In this document: positions 56,486 to 64,000 of the stretch, one piece after another
How positions within the stretch are numbered: the first letter of the stretch is position 1
Layout of the letters: each line of letters starts with the position of its first letter
Assembly (NCBI GenBank): GCA_007376295.1
Contig: VMGB01000001.1
Coordinates: forward strand, 349,969-413,968
Length of the DNA stretch: 64,000 nt
Direction: 5' to 3'
DNA from: Parcubacteria group bacterium Gr01-1014_13
GTDB taxonomy: Bacteria; Patescibacteriota; Patescibacteriia; Magasanikbacterales; GWA2-37-8
The notes under the pieces: generated by a model
What the model was told of the DNA's origin: nothing
What the model saw: the letters and a program-made list of their open reading frames with translations, nothing else
Database searches by the model: none
Position numbers and translations under genes: made by a program

Positions 56486-57820
56486 CTACACTACAATGAA
56501 ATCTTTTTTCTTAATTAAGAAAAAAGCCCAAATTAGGTTCCACAAGAAATTGGCTACTAAACTAATTATATAAGTATAGGCTACTCCCATAATACCGTAT
56601 CGAGGAATAAATACTAGATTACAAATAACAAGGAGTACTAGCTGAAAAAATGCGCCTATAGCCATAATATGAGTTTTGTTGAAAATAGTAACGGTCATCG
56701 AAAATGGAATGGCTAAAATATTTAATAAAAAACCATAAGCCAATATCAAATAAACAGGCATCGCCGCCACATATTTCTGGCCAAAAAGAAAATTTATCAG
56801 GTATTGAGATGGGTATATAAGAAGCGCAATTCCAATTGTACCGACAAGTACCCATTTAAATACTCGCTTAACAAAGGCAATAAGCTCTGTTTTGTTTACC
56901 AAAGCGCTTATCTTCGGCATTAAAACGGAACTGATAGAACCATAAACCACCGGAAAAATTTGAATTAACTGCCAGGCGACGGTAAAAACTGCCACCTGTT
57001 CTAGCCCAAGATAATGACTGATCATTACTTGATCTATTTTACCGCCGGCAATAGCCATAAGCGATGAAATGGTAAGCCAAAAACTAAACTTAGCCAATTG
57101 TGAATGCAGATTACTTTTGACTTCTTGATCTACCTCAACTTTTCGGAATTTATCTGGGAACACTCCGTAATTTACTAAAAATAAAATCCAGGGCACAAAA
57201 ATATAAACGGATAAATACACGAATAAATTTCTAACGCCCGCCAACGCCAAAATTATAACTATTAACAGGCGCAAAAATCCTTTTAGGGACTGGACTGAAG
57301 CCTGATAAAAAAATCTTTGATTGGACTGCAGATAAGTAGCCAAAAAACCAAGCAAGATAACGCCGCCAATACCCAGAAAAGAATAAGCCAAGTAAGGGGC
57401 GATTTTGGCTTGGCCAAATAAATATTTAGCCAAAGGATATGATAAAACTATGCCGCCAAGCGTAAGTATCCAAGTTAACGCTACTCGCCAACGCCATACC
57501 GTTTTTAGTAATTGTTTTAACTTATCTGTTTGATTAGTAGCGATGTAATATGGAGCAAATCGCAGTAGGCCCATGTTTAAACCAAAATCAGATATCTCGG
57601 CCATTGTGCTTAACGCTAAAACCGAAAGCGAAAAAATACCAAAAAACTCCTGGCTTAAAGCTCTGGCCAAAATAATATTAAGGACAAGCAAAGACACGCC
57701 GTTTATCAATGACCCGACAGTCACAAAAGCGGTCTGGTGTAAGGCCCTTTTTTTAAAAATAGATTGTATACGCTCTTGAATTTGCATAATTTCCACTCCA
57801 AAAAATTTAGGCCTTAACAA
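56486..57820 (-). CDS. wzx: Wzx-like oligosaccharide flippase (MOP superfamily polysaccharide biosynthesis protein)
   Basis: 444 aa, ~12-14 TM helices, typical PST-family layout. Confidence 0.7.
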   Translation of the reverse strand: MLRPKFFGVEIMQIQERIQSIFKKRALHQTAFVTVGSLINGVSLLVLNIILARALSQEFFGIFSLSVLALSTMAEISDFGLNMGLLRFAPYYIATNQTDKLKQLLKTVWRWRVALTWILTLGGIVLSYPLAKYLFGQAKIAPYLAYSFLGIGGVILLGFLATYLQSNQRFFYQASVQSLKGFLRLLIVIILALAGVRNLFVYLSVYIFVPWILFLVNYGVFPDKFRKVEVDQEVKSNLHSQLAKFSFWLTISSLMAIAGGKIDQVMISHYLGLEQVAVFTVAWQLIQIFPVVYGSISSVLMPKISALVNKTELIAFVKRVFKWVLVGTIGIALLIYPSQYLINFLFGQKYVAAMPVYLILAYGFLLNILAIPFSMTVTIFNKTHIMAIGAFFQLVLLVICNLVFIPRYGIMGVAYTYIISLVANFLWNLIWAFFLIKKKDFIVV

Positions 57821-58595
57821 ACCAAAAACATCCGCAACCGTAAACTTGTTTCTCCACTAAAGATTTGTCCGCATTGGAGATTAATTTTCCCTCATCGGTT
57901 AGTAATGTAAATTCCCGGACTTGGAGATTGGAAAAGGCATTTACAACCTGGTCGTAAGAAAAAATTCTCTGAGAATTAAACTGGACATTAGGTTTTCCTA
58001 CTGGTACTACAATTAATAAACTACCTCCTACCGCCAACACTCTTTGCAATTCTTTCATGGCCTTGATGTCGCCAACAGGGTCTATCGGATCACCATATCT
58101 ACCCAAGCCGATATGCTCCAGCGTGTGCATGCAGGAAAGCGATTTAAGGCTGTTGTCTGCAAAAGGCAACTTTAACAAATCAGCGGATTCTGAGGAAAAA
58201 TTACTCAAAGTTATGTCCGCAGGTCTATAATCGTAAAATTTTACAGGGATAAAGGCTGAAACTAGCGTACTGAAATTAAGCGTGGAACTAATATCAGTAT
58301 GAAATTCAGGATTAATTTCCTTAAGCTTTCTGGCAGCCCAAGCCGGATGATAAGTATAATGACGATCAAAATCTTGCGTACTTGATTTTTCGTGTAAAAT
58401 AGGATAAAAATTTTTGGCCGACAAAACAAACCGGTTGTCCCCGACTTTGACCGATGCCTCTTTAAACTGTTTCCAATCTTTTAAGAATCCAATATACCTA
58501 AATTTGTTTAATACACGATCTTTCATCCTATTTGCCATCACCAATAATCCCAAAGGGAAAGTTTTCTTTAGAAATTGTTTAAGTTTTGGATTCAT
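57807..58595 (-). CDS. DUF268-like methyltransferase-fold protein
   Basis: LSCMHTLEHIGLGRYGDPIDP...GGSLLIVVP; a SAM-MTase-like fold family recurrent in polysaccharide loci. Confidence 0.45.
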   Translation of the reverse strand: MNPKLKQFLKKTFPLGLLVMANRMKDRVLNKFRYIGFLKDWKQFKEASVKVGDNRFVLSAKNFYPILHEKSSTQDFDRHYTYHPAWAARKLKEINPEFHTDISSTLNFSTLVSAFIPVKFYDYRPADITLSNFSSESADLLKLPFADNSLKSLSCMHTLEHIGLGRYGDPIDPVGDIKAMKELQRVLAVGGSLLIVVPVGKPNVQFNSQRIFSYDQVVNAFSNLQVREFTLLTDEGKLISNADKSLVEKQVYGCGCFWFVKA

Positions 58596-58605
58596 AGTAG
58601 ATAAA

Positions 58606-59376
58606 TTAATCTTTAATTATTTCGCTGGAAGATGCGCCGATACCCGATACTCCGAGCCTGACCAGCCTGTGTACTTTTTTTCTGGGGATATATTTTGCTA
58701 ATGTATTTTCGATCGGATACGCTACCATTGTTAATGGAATCCCTTTAAGAAGGGCGCTCTTCCAGATACTATACGCGGATTTACGAAAACCATACAAACG
58801 CGTACAAATATAATCTTCTTTAATATACTGTAATACGAACTCTCCTTCTTCCCAATCATGCAAATTAAATTCTTCATTTAAAAAATATCGTCCGCTTATT
58901 TTAAAATAAAAATCGGCAGAAAATTTAAACTTCTTCATCGCGTAGTATAACATCATTATTTCACCCAAACTTTTCTGCTTACTATCACAGGACCAACGCA
59001 CTAATTTTTTATTTCCCACATAAATGTACTGATCAACTTTTTTCTCCAGTTCAAAAGGTAGATTTTCTTGCAGACCGCTTTCCACCAAAATTATTTTTGC
59101 GCCCGGTACTCGGCTATATATAGAATCAATCGTTTGCTGAGTTTGTTTGGCGCGTTCTTCGGGGCTAAAAATAGAGCGCGGTCCATCGTACTGAATTAAT
59201 TTGCCTTGTTTTGGATAAATTACCGAAGTAATAATAAAACAATACTCCACCATTTCTCTACCTGCCGGTTGTTTCTCAAACAAACCGCCGATCATTACTA
59301 CCAGCTGAAATGGCCATACAAAAAAAATTCTATAGACTTGGCGTAATATAAATGATATTAAATTTTTTAATGTCAT
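58606..59376 (-). CDS. hypothetical protein (glycan-locus associated)
   Basis: 256 aa, N-terminal hydrophobic segment, no recognised domain. Confidence 0.35.
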   Translation of the reverse strand: MTLKNLISFILRQVYRIFFVWPFQLVVMIGGLFEKQPAGREMVEYCFIITSVIYPKQGKLIQYDGPRSIFSPEERAKQTQQTIDSIYSRVPGAKIILVESGLQENLPFELEKKVDQYIYVGNKKLVRWSCDSKQKSLGEIMMLYYAMKKFKFSADFYFKISGRYFLNEEFNLHDWEEGEFVLQYIKEDYICTRLYGFRKSAYSIWKSALLKGIPLTMVAYPIENTLAKYIPRKKVHRLVRLGVSGIGASSSEIIKD

Positions 59377-59377
59377 A

Positions 59378-60070
59378 TCATTTTTTCAAATTATCCATAA
59401 AACCTAAAACATCCTTGGCTTCCGGAAGATCATCTTCTGTATTTTCAATGTCTTGATGGTTAACTGCGCCCTCAAATTCCACCTCGACCCCTATATGTTT
59501 AGCTACGCTCTCTAAAGTTATGGCATTTTTCCCTCCTAACTCCACAATACCTTGACGGTCCAAATTTGATGCTAGCCAAGATACGCAAAAAGAGAGCGGG
59601 ATAAAAGAATAACGGCTTCTCTTATCTACAAAAACTTTTTTACCCTCCAGCATATCAACCAGTACCCCTTTCTTCATATTGTCGCCATAGAGCGCTCCGA
59701 GACGAACAATTAAATTATTGCCAAAATCACACAGCTTTTCTGCCGCAGCCTTATGTCTGCCATAAATAGTATCTGTCTGGCAGCGGGCGGAAACGGTGCT
59801 TATCTGTACAAACTTTTTAAATTGCCAACCGTACAACAGGTCAGCTGTTTTTTTTACTGTTTCCGTAAAATCTTCTTCGGGATGATTATTTGCCCAAAAA
59901 CGACCGGACGGCATAGCGCAATTTATAATTATATCGAACTTTTGCGCTTGTGTGGCGAGATAATTCTCTTTGGTTACTCCTACAACCGAATACTTTGAAG
60001 AATCAAGCAACTCTTTATATAGCGCGCTTCCAACATATCCTTTTGAGCCTATGACGGCTATGGAAAGCAT
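59378..60070 (-). CDS. short-form NAD(P)-dependent sugar-nucleotide reductase (RmlD-like SDR)
   Basis: IGSKGYVGS Rossmann and YGRHK (YxxxK), 230 aa. Confidence 0.55.
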   Translation of the reverse strand: MLSIAVIGSKGYVGSALYKELLDSSKYSVVGVTKENYLATQAQKFDIIINCAMPSGRFWANNHPEEDFTETVKKTADLLYGWQFKKFVQISTVSARCQTDTIYGRHKAAAEKLCDFGNNLIVRLGALYGDNMKKGVLVDMLEGKKVFVDKRSRYSFIPLSFCVSWLASNLDRQGIVELGGKNAITLESVAKHIGVEVEFEGAVNHQDIENTEDDLPEAKDVLGFMDNLKK

Positions 60071-60072
60071 AA

Positions 60073-60522
60073 TTACTTTATCATTGATTGTTTAAATTTC
60101 CCGGGTTCCAACAAAGTCCAGTCGGTTATATTTTTTTTGAGCTGCTCATGTAGAGGAATTTTAAGACGGTGTGTATCACTTTCGTATTTATCGCCGCCGC
60201 GAGGACCATTAACAAAACTTAAGAAAGCACACTTTTCAAGGGCAATAAATTCATGGGCTTCTCCTTTGTCCCAAGTTGTAAAATCATTTTGAGAAATGAC
60301 GGTTTTTTCAATTTTTTTACTACCCTGTTTTCTGCTATAAGCTACCATTTTACCAAAAAGCATAAAATCTGACTGCTGAGAGAGTTTATGAAAATGATTT
60401 CCCCGCACCGCTCCTTTATTTGAATAAATGATAACGCAGTGCTCATAAGGCTCCTTAACAAAAACATCCATAATTGACCCGCGCACATCTTTAAAATCTA
60501 TTTTTCTTTTAACTCGTTTCAT
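60073..60522 (-). CDS. small cupin, WxcM/FdtA-like
   Basis: 149 aa, His cluster GNHFHK. Paralogous in layout to 46210-46605. Confidence 0.5.
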   Translation of the reverse strand: MKRVKRKIDFKDVRGSIMDVFVKEPYEHCVIIYSNKGAVRGNHFHKLSQQSDFMLFGKMVAYSRKQGSKKIEKTVISQNDFTTWDKGEAHEFIALEKCAFLSFVNGPRGGDKYESDTHRLKIPLHEQLKKNITDWTLLEPGKFKQSMIK

Positions 60523-60540
60523 AAATAAGAATTATATTAA

Positions 60541-61749
60541 TTACGATTCTATAACATGAGGAGTAATAAATTGAAGATGGGGAAATTTTGGCGAAATTTT
60601 AGCTTTGAGAAAATCAGCGATGTTCCAGGCAAGAATAAGAGCGTGAGAAACATCCTTATCTATCGTGTCGTCTGAAAAAATTGGTAAATGCGAACCAGGA
60701 GTATATTTTCCAATTTTAAGAGGGGAAGCATCAGTTGCAAAATCTATAAGCGTAGCATCAATGCCACAGTAATTTAAAAGGGTATTGCCCTTGGCCGCTG
60801 CGCCAATCGCAACAATTTTTCCGCCGCTCTCCCGCGCTTTTACCAATTCTTTAAGCAAATTAATTTTGCAATTTTTTACTTCTTCTGCAAACTTTCTCCA
60901 CTCTGCCTGGTCATACAGGCCAAACTTTTCTTCCAAAGCAATTTGCTTCGCTACCAATTCACTTTCTTGGCCGTATCCCACAAAAATCCTTATCGATCCG
61001 CTCATATAATTATTTTCTTCGAGGTGCGTAATCGAGAGTCCAAATTTTTTAAAAAAAGGCACGAGCGGTTTTATAGCGATATAAGATACGTGTTCTAAAT
61101 AAATAACATCAAAGTGTTTTTTTCTTATGATTTCCAAAAAATATGGCAACTCAATTATAAAACTACCCTCTTTGTCCAAAATGGAAATAACGTTTTCCAT
61201 AAATTCATCAAGGGGAGAAATATGATTAAAGGCATTGGTAATGGTGATAACCTTCGCCTTCCCTCTTTTTAATATTTTTTCGGCCGAAGAAGCGTTAAAA
61301 AAATCATTTATTGTTGGAATACCATTTTTTTCGGCCAGCGCGGCAATATTGTGTGAAGGGTCGACCCCCTGAACTTCTGCTCCGAGATCTTTAAACGCGC
61401 CCAGAAGCGTTCCGATATTACTGCCTATATCAACCACCAAATCACCATTTTTTACACCAGCTCTTTTTACTACTTCTTGAGCCATCTCCTGGAAGTGTTG
61501 TATTGAAATTTTAGAATTACCAGAATCATAACTATAATCGTTTTCTTGATAGCGGACTTCGGCGGGCACAACAAAACTATTCATCCCGTGTCCACAGTCT
61601 TGGCAAAGAAGTACACAAAGAGGGTATCGTCTCTCCGGTTCGTCTAGTTGACTTTCTTTCAAAAAAAAGTCCGCCAAAGGGTGAAATCCTAAATCAAGGA
61701 CTTTGGTTAGATTTTTTGAAGCACATAAATGGCATTGCGAAACTTTCAT
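60541..61749 (-). CDS. TylCIII-like NDP-sugar C-methyltransferase (stand-alone)
   Basis: Cys4 ribbon (CHLCAS...CQDCGH), VVDIGSNIGTLL and a C-methyltransferase C-domain. Paralogue of the N-half of 43910-46201. Confidence 0.7.
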   Translation of the reverse strand: MKVSQCHLCASKNLTKVLDLGFHPLADFFLKESQLDEPERRYPLCVLLCQDCGHGMNSFVVPAEVRYQENDYSYDSGNSKISIQHFQEMAQEVVKRAGVKNGDLVVDIGSNIGTLLGAFKDLGAEVQGVDPSHNIAALAEKNGIPTINDFFNASSAEKILKRGKAKVITITNAFNHISPLDEFMENVISILDKEGSFIIELPYFLEIIRKKHFDVIYLEHVSYIAIKPLVPFFKKFGLSITHLEENNYMSGSIRIFVGYGQESELVAKQIALEEKFGLYDQAEWRKFAEEVKNCKINLLKELVKARESGGKIVAIGAAAKGNTLLNYCGIDATLIDFATDASPLKIGKYTPGSHLPIFSDDTIDKDVSHALILAWNIADFLKAKISPKFPHLQFITPHVIES

Positions 61750-61754
61750 AAGAT

Positions 61755-62144
61755 CTATAAAAATATTTTATCATCTACATATGGCCCGTCCTTGAAGGCA
61801 TAAATCAAAGCGTTCTTTGTTATTTTTATTTCATGCGCTCCATCTACTATCAACAAACACTGGCCAGATGAAACATTCTTTTTGGCGATAATTTTTCCTT
61901 TCCTGTCAAAAATACTAGCTTCTATAGCGCCTTTCATAACCACAATTGCTTCCTGGGGCTGTTTGGTAACTTTACGAATTTTTTTATGCACATGCTTTAC
62001 CACAACATGGCCTTGCTTTCGCTTCATTAAAAGCAACTGCAGGGGCCACGAAGGGTCAGTTATTGGAAATGTGCCTTCTTTTGCGGAAGAAAGGTCAATA
62101 ACCAGGGCAAATATTTTGTTTCCTGACTTAATTTTAGTTACCAT
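61755..62144 (-). CDS. small cupin-like protein
   Basis: 129 aa beta-rich with HVVVKHVHKK. Between the GMD-like dehydratase and the C-methyltransferase. Confidence 0.4.
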   Translation of the reverse strand: MVTKIKSGNKIFALVIDLSSAKEGTFPITDPSWPLQLLLMKRKQGHVVVKHVHKKIRKVTKQPQEAIVVMKGAIEASIFDRKGKIIAKKNVSSGQCLLIVDGAHEIKITKNALIYAFKDGPYVDDKIFL

Positions 62145-63119
62145 TTAGGTGTTATCATTAAAATGTTCTAAATCATAATCCATCATGGCGTGTACTATTT
62201 CATTGAATTTCATTTTTGGCTCCCATCCCAGTTTTTTTATTTTTGAAGGGTCACCAAGAAGCAAAGGGACTTCATTCGGTCTTTTATACTTGTCATCTAT
62301 CTTTACATAATCTTCGGAGTTAAGGCCTACATAGGAAAAAGCTTCTTCAACAAACTCTTTTATGGTATGAGTTTCTCCTGTTGCAACTACGAACACATCC
62401 GGTTTCTCCTGTTGCATTATAAGATATATAGCTTCCACAAATTCCGGAGACCAACCCCAATCGCGTTTAGCATCCAGATTTCCTAATACCAAAGAATCCT
62501 GCGTGCCATTTTTAATTCGCGCCACTGCTTTAGTGATTTTTTTGGTCACGAACGTGCCGCCTCTTCTTGGACTCTCATGATTAAATAATATGCCGGTAGT
62601 AGCGAATAATCCGTAACCATCACGATACTGTCTGGTTAGATGGTAGGCGGCTAGTTTTGCTACTCCATACGGACTCTGGGGCATCATGGGGGTATTTTCA
62701 TTGTATGGGGCAGGCACTCCGGGCACACCAAACATTTCCGAGCTTGATGCCTGATAAAACTTTGTTTGAGGAGAAAATTTTCTAATTGCTTCAAGGACGT
62801 TTAAAACACCGACTGCATTTGTTTGAAGCGTATACTCTGGAACTTCAAATGACACTTTTACTTGAGACATTGCTCCAATATTATAGAACTCATCCGGCTT
62901 GATATCTGAAATTAGTCCGGCCGTAGCAAGAGCATCTGTAAGATCGCCATAATGTATATGAATGTTTGGATTGGAGGTAATAAGATGATCGATTCTGCCT
63001 GATGCAAAAGAAGAGATGCGGCGCATTATTCCGTGCACTTCATATCCCTTTGAAAGAAGTAATTCCGCCAAGTACGAACCATCCTGTCCCGTAATTCCGC
63101 TAATAATCGCTTTTTTCAT
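62145..63119 (-). CDS. gmd: GDP-mannose 4,6-dehydratase family (could act on GDP-heptose)
   Basis: ISGITGQDGSYLAELLLSKGYEVHGI...HYGDLTD; canonical Gmd N-terminus and length. Confidence 0.85.
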   Translation of the reverse strand: MKKAIISGITGQDGSYLAELLLSKGYEVHGIMRRISSFASGRIDHLITSNPNIHIHYGDLTDALATAGLISDIKPDEFYNIGAMSQVKVSFEVPEYTLQTNAVGVLNVLEAIRKFSPQTKFYQASSSEMFGVPGVPAPYNENTPMMPQSPYGVAKLAAYHLTRQYRDGYGLFATTGILFNHESPRRGGTFVTKKITKAVARIKNGTQDSLVLGNLDAKRDWGWSPEFVEAIYLIMQQEKPDVFVVATGETHTIKEFVEEAFSYVGLNSEDYVKIDDKYKRPNEVPLLLGDPSKIKKLGWEPKMKFNEIVHAMMDYDLEHFNDNT

Positions 63120-63178
63120 ATTGTTTTACTATTGAAAATGAGGTGAATAAAATATTTAACTTGAAGCATATTATAGCA

Positions 63179-64000
63179 TTACTTCTTAAAAAGTAAAGCA
63201 TCGCCACTAGCAGTGTTTGGCTTATCAATATTGAACCTGGCTTTTCTTAATTTAAGGAGATTATACACTGGATAAGCGAAAATTGACAAAACTATATAAT
63301 AATAAAACCATAGCTTGGGGGAAATATCTCCCCCCTTGGTAATTTGATAGTAGGCTATCCACATAAAATAGAAGAACAACGGCGATAAGGTAACCCAGGC
63401 CGTTATCCTTTTTAAATACTCATTTCCGCTTTTTATATAAGCGATCATTCCCAGCGGCAAAAGCCAAATCATATACCATGGCCAGATAGCCTTTTGCCAA
63501 AAAATTATATACACCACCATACTGATAAACAAAGCTACCAGAAAATCCGACTCGCTTAACGTATCTCTCTTCAAAATAACCAAAACCGCTTTTTTTATAA
63601 ACGGATACATCAAATACAGTATTAGCCCCAACAATCCGAATTGCACAAACCTGGTTAAATACCAATGAAAATTTGCGCCTGCCACAAACTTAAACAGCGG
63701 CTCCAAACTATAATACAACGTGGCAAAAACGCTCATCACCGCCCATTTTGACAATTTGGCTATTGTTTCGAAAACAGCAAACCCCTGCCAAAATTTTGCC
63801 CAAACTAAAACAGTTATTGCAACAGAAATTATAGCCCCCAACAATTGTCCACCAAGCATTTTTTTCCAATTCTGCCAATTTACTTCCTGCCACCATTTTA
63901 ATACAAACCAGGGTATAAAAAATATCGGTATAAATTTGATCCAAATACCAACAACAAGACAAGGCAATACCAACCACCAAGTTTTACGTTTTGTTAAAAT
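63179..64000 (-). CDS. polytopic membrane protein (3'-complete; N-terminus beyond window end)
   Basis: Hydrophobic multi-TM ORF open to position 64000. Resembles O-antigen ligase/polymerase-like or generic membrane proteins; no call made. Confidence 0.35.
   Translation of the reverse strand: MLTKRKTWWLVLPCLVVGIWIKFIPIFFIPWFVLKWWQEVNWQNWKKMLGGQLLGAIISVAITVLVWAKFWQGFAVFETIAKLSKWAVMSVFATLYYSLEPLFKFVAGANFHWYLTRFVQFGLLGLILYLMYPFIKKAVLVILKRDTLSESDFLVALFISMVVYIIFWQKAIWPWYMIWLLPLGMIAYIKSGNEYLKRITAWVTLSPLFFYFMWIAYYQITKGGDISPKLWFYYYIVLSIFAYPVYNLLKLRKARFNIDKPNTASGDALLFKK

Noticed and set aside
1-64000. CRISPR arrays, transposases, integrases, tRNA-flanked islands
   Set aside because: No regularly spaced direct repeats, no DDE or tyrosine recombinase-like ORFs, and no attachment-site-like duplications of the tRNA-Pro 3' end were seen. 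The two GC-deviant genes lack flanking mobility genes within the window.

Overview
This 64 kb window comes from a low-GC (~36-38%) bacterial genome. It has a compact housekeeping backbone (frr, holB-like, mreB, rodA, rplJ-rplL, rpmA, rpmB, a UMP-kinase homologue, tRNA-Pro). Its style is reminiscent of CPR/Patescibacteria-type genomes: near-consensus sigma70 promoters, clean hairpin terminators, single-domain regulators and a very high density of glycosyltransferases. Most of the window (~18.8-63.1 kb, almost entirely minus strand) is one very large glycan-biosynthesis super-locus. It contains about 13 GT2, 4 GT4 and 2-3 GT-C enzymes and a Wzx-like flippase. It also encodes partial dTDP-rhamnose enzymes (RmlB, RmlD and a G1P nucleotidyltransferase), UDP-sugar dehydrogenases, a complete GDP-D-glycero-D-manno-heptose pathway (transaldolase, GmhA, HddA, GmhB, HddC), a GDP-mannose-4,6-dehydratase homologue, three small cupins, two TylCIII-like NDP-sugar C-methyltransferases, three further SAM methyltransferases and several SDR epimerases/reductases. 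Two things stand out. First, a B12-binding radical SAM gene (46740-48272, plus strand) has clearly foreign base composition (~50% GC) but a host-style promoter, ribosome-binding site and terminator, and is inserted into the sugar-modification operon. Second, a small-gene cassette region (13.8-14.9 kb) carries another foreign-GC ORF and a second small ORF, each flanked by homologous promoter (GGTTGACAAA...) and terminator (CCCGCCAA...AGCGGGTTTTTTA) modules. Two unusual fusion proteins are also present: a C-methyltransferase fused to a UXS/ArnA-like SDR, and a GtrB-like GT2 fused to a PMT/ArnT-like GT-C. No CRISPR array, transposase or integrase is visible.
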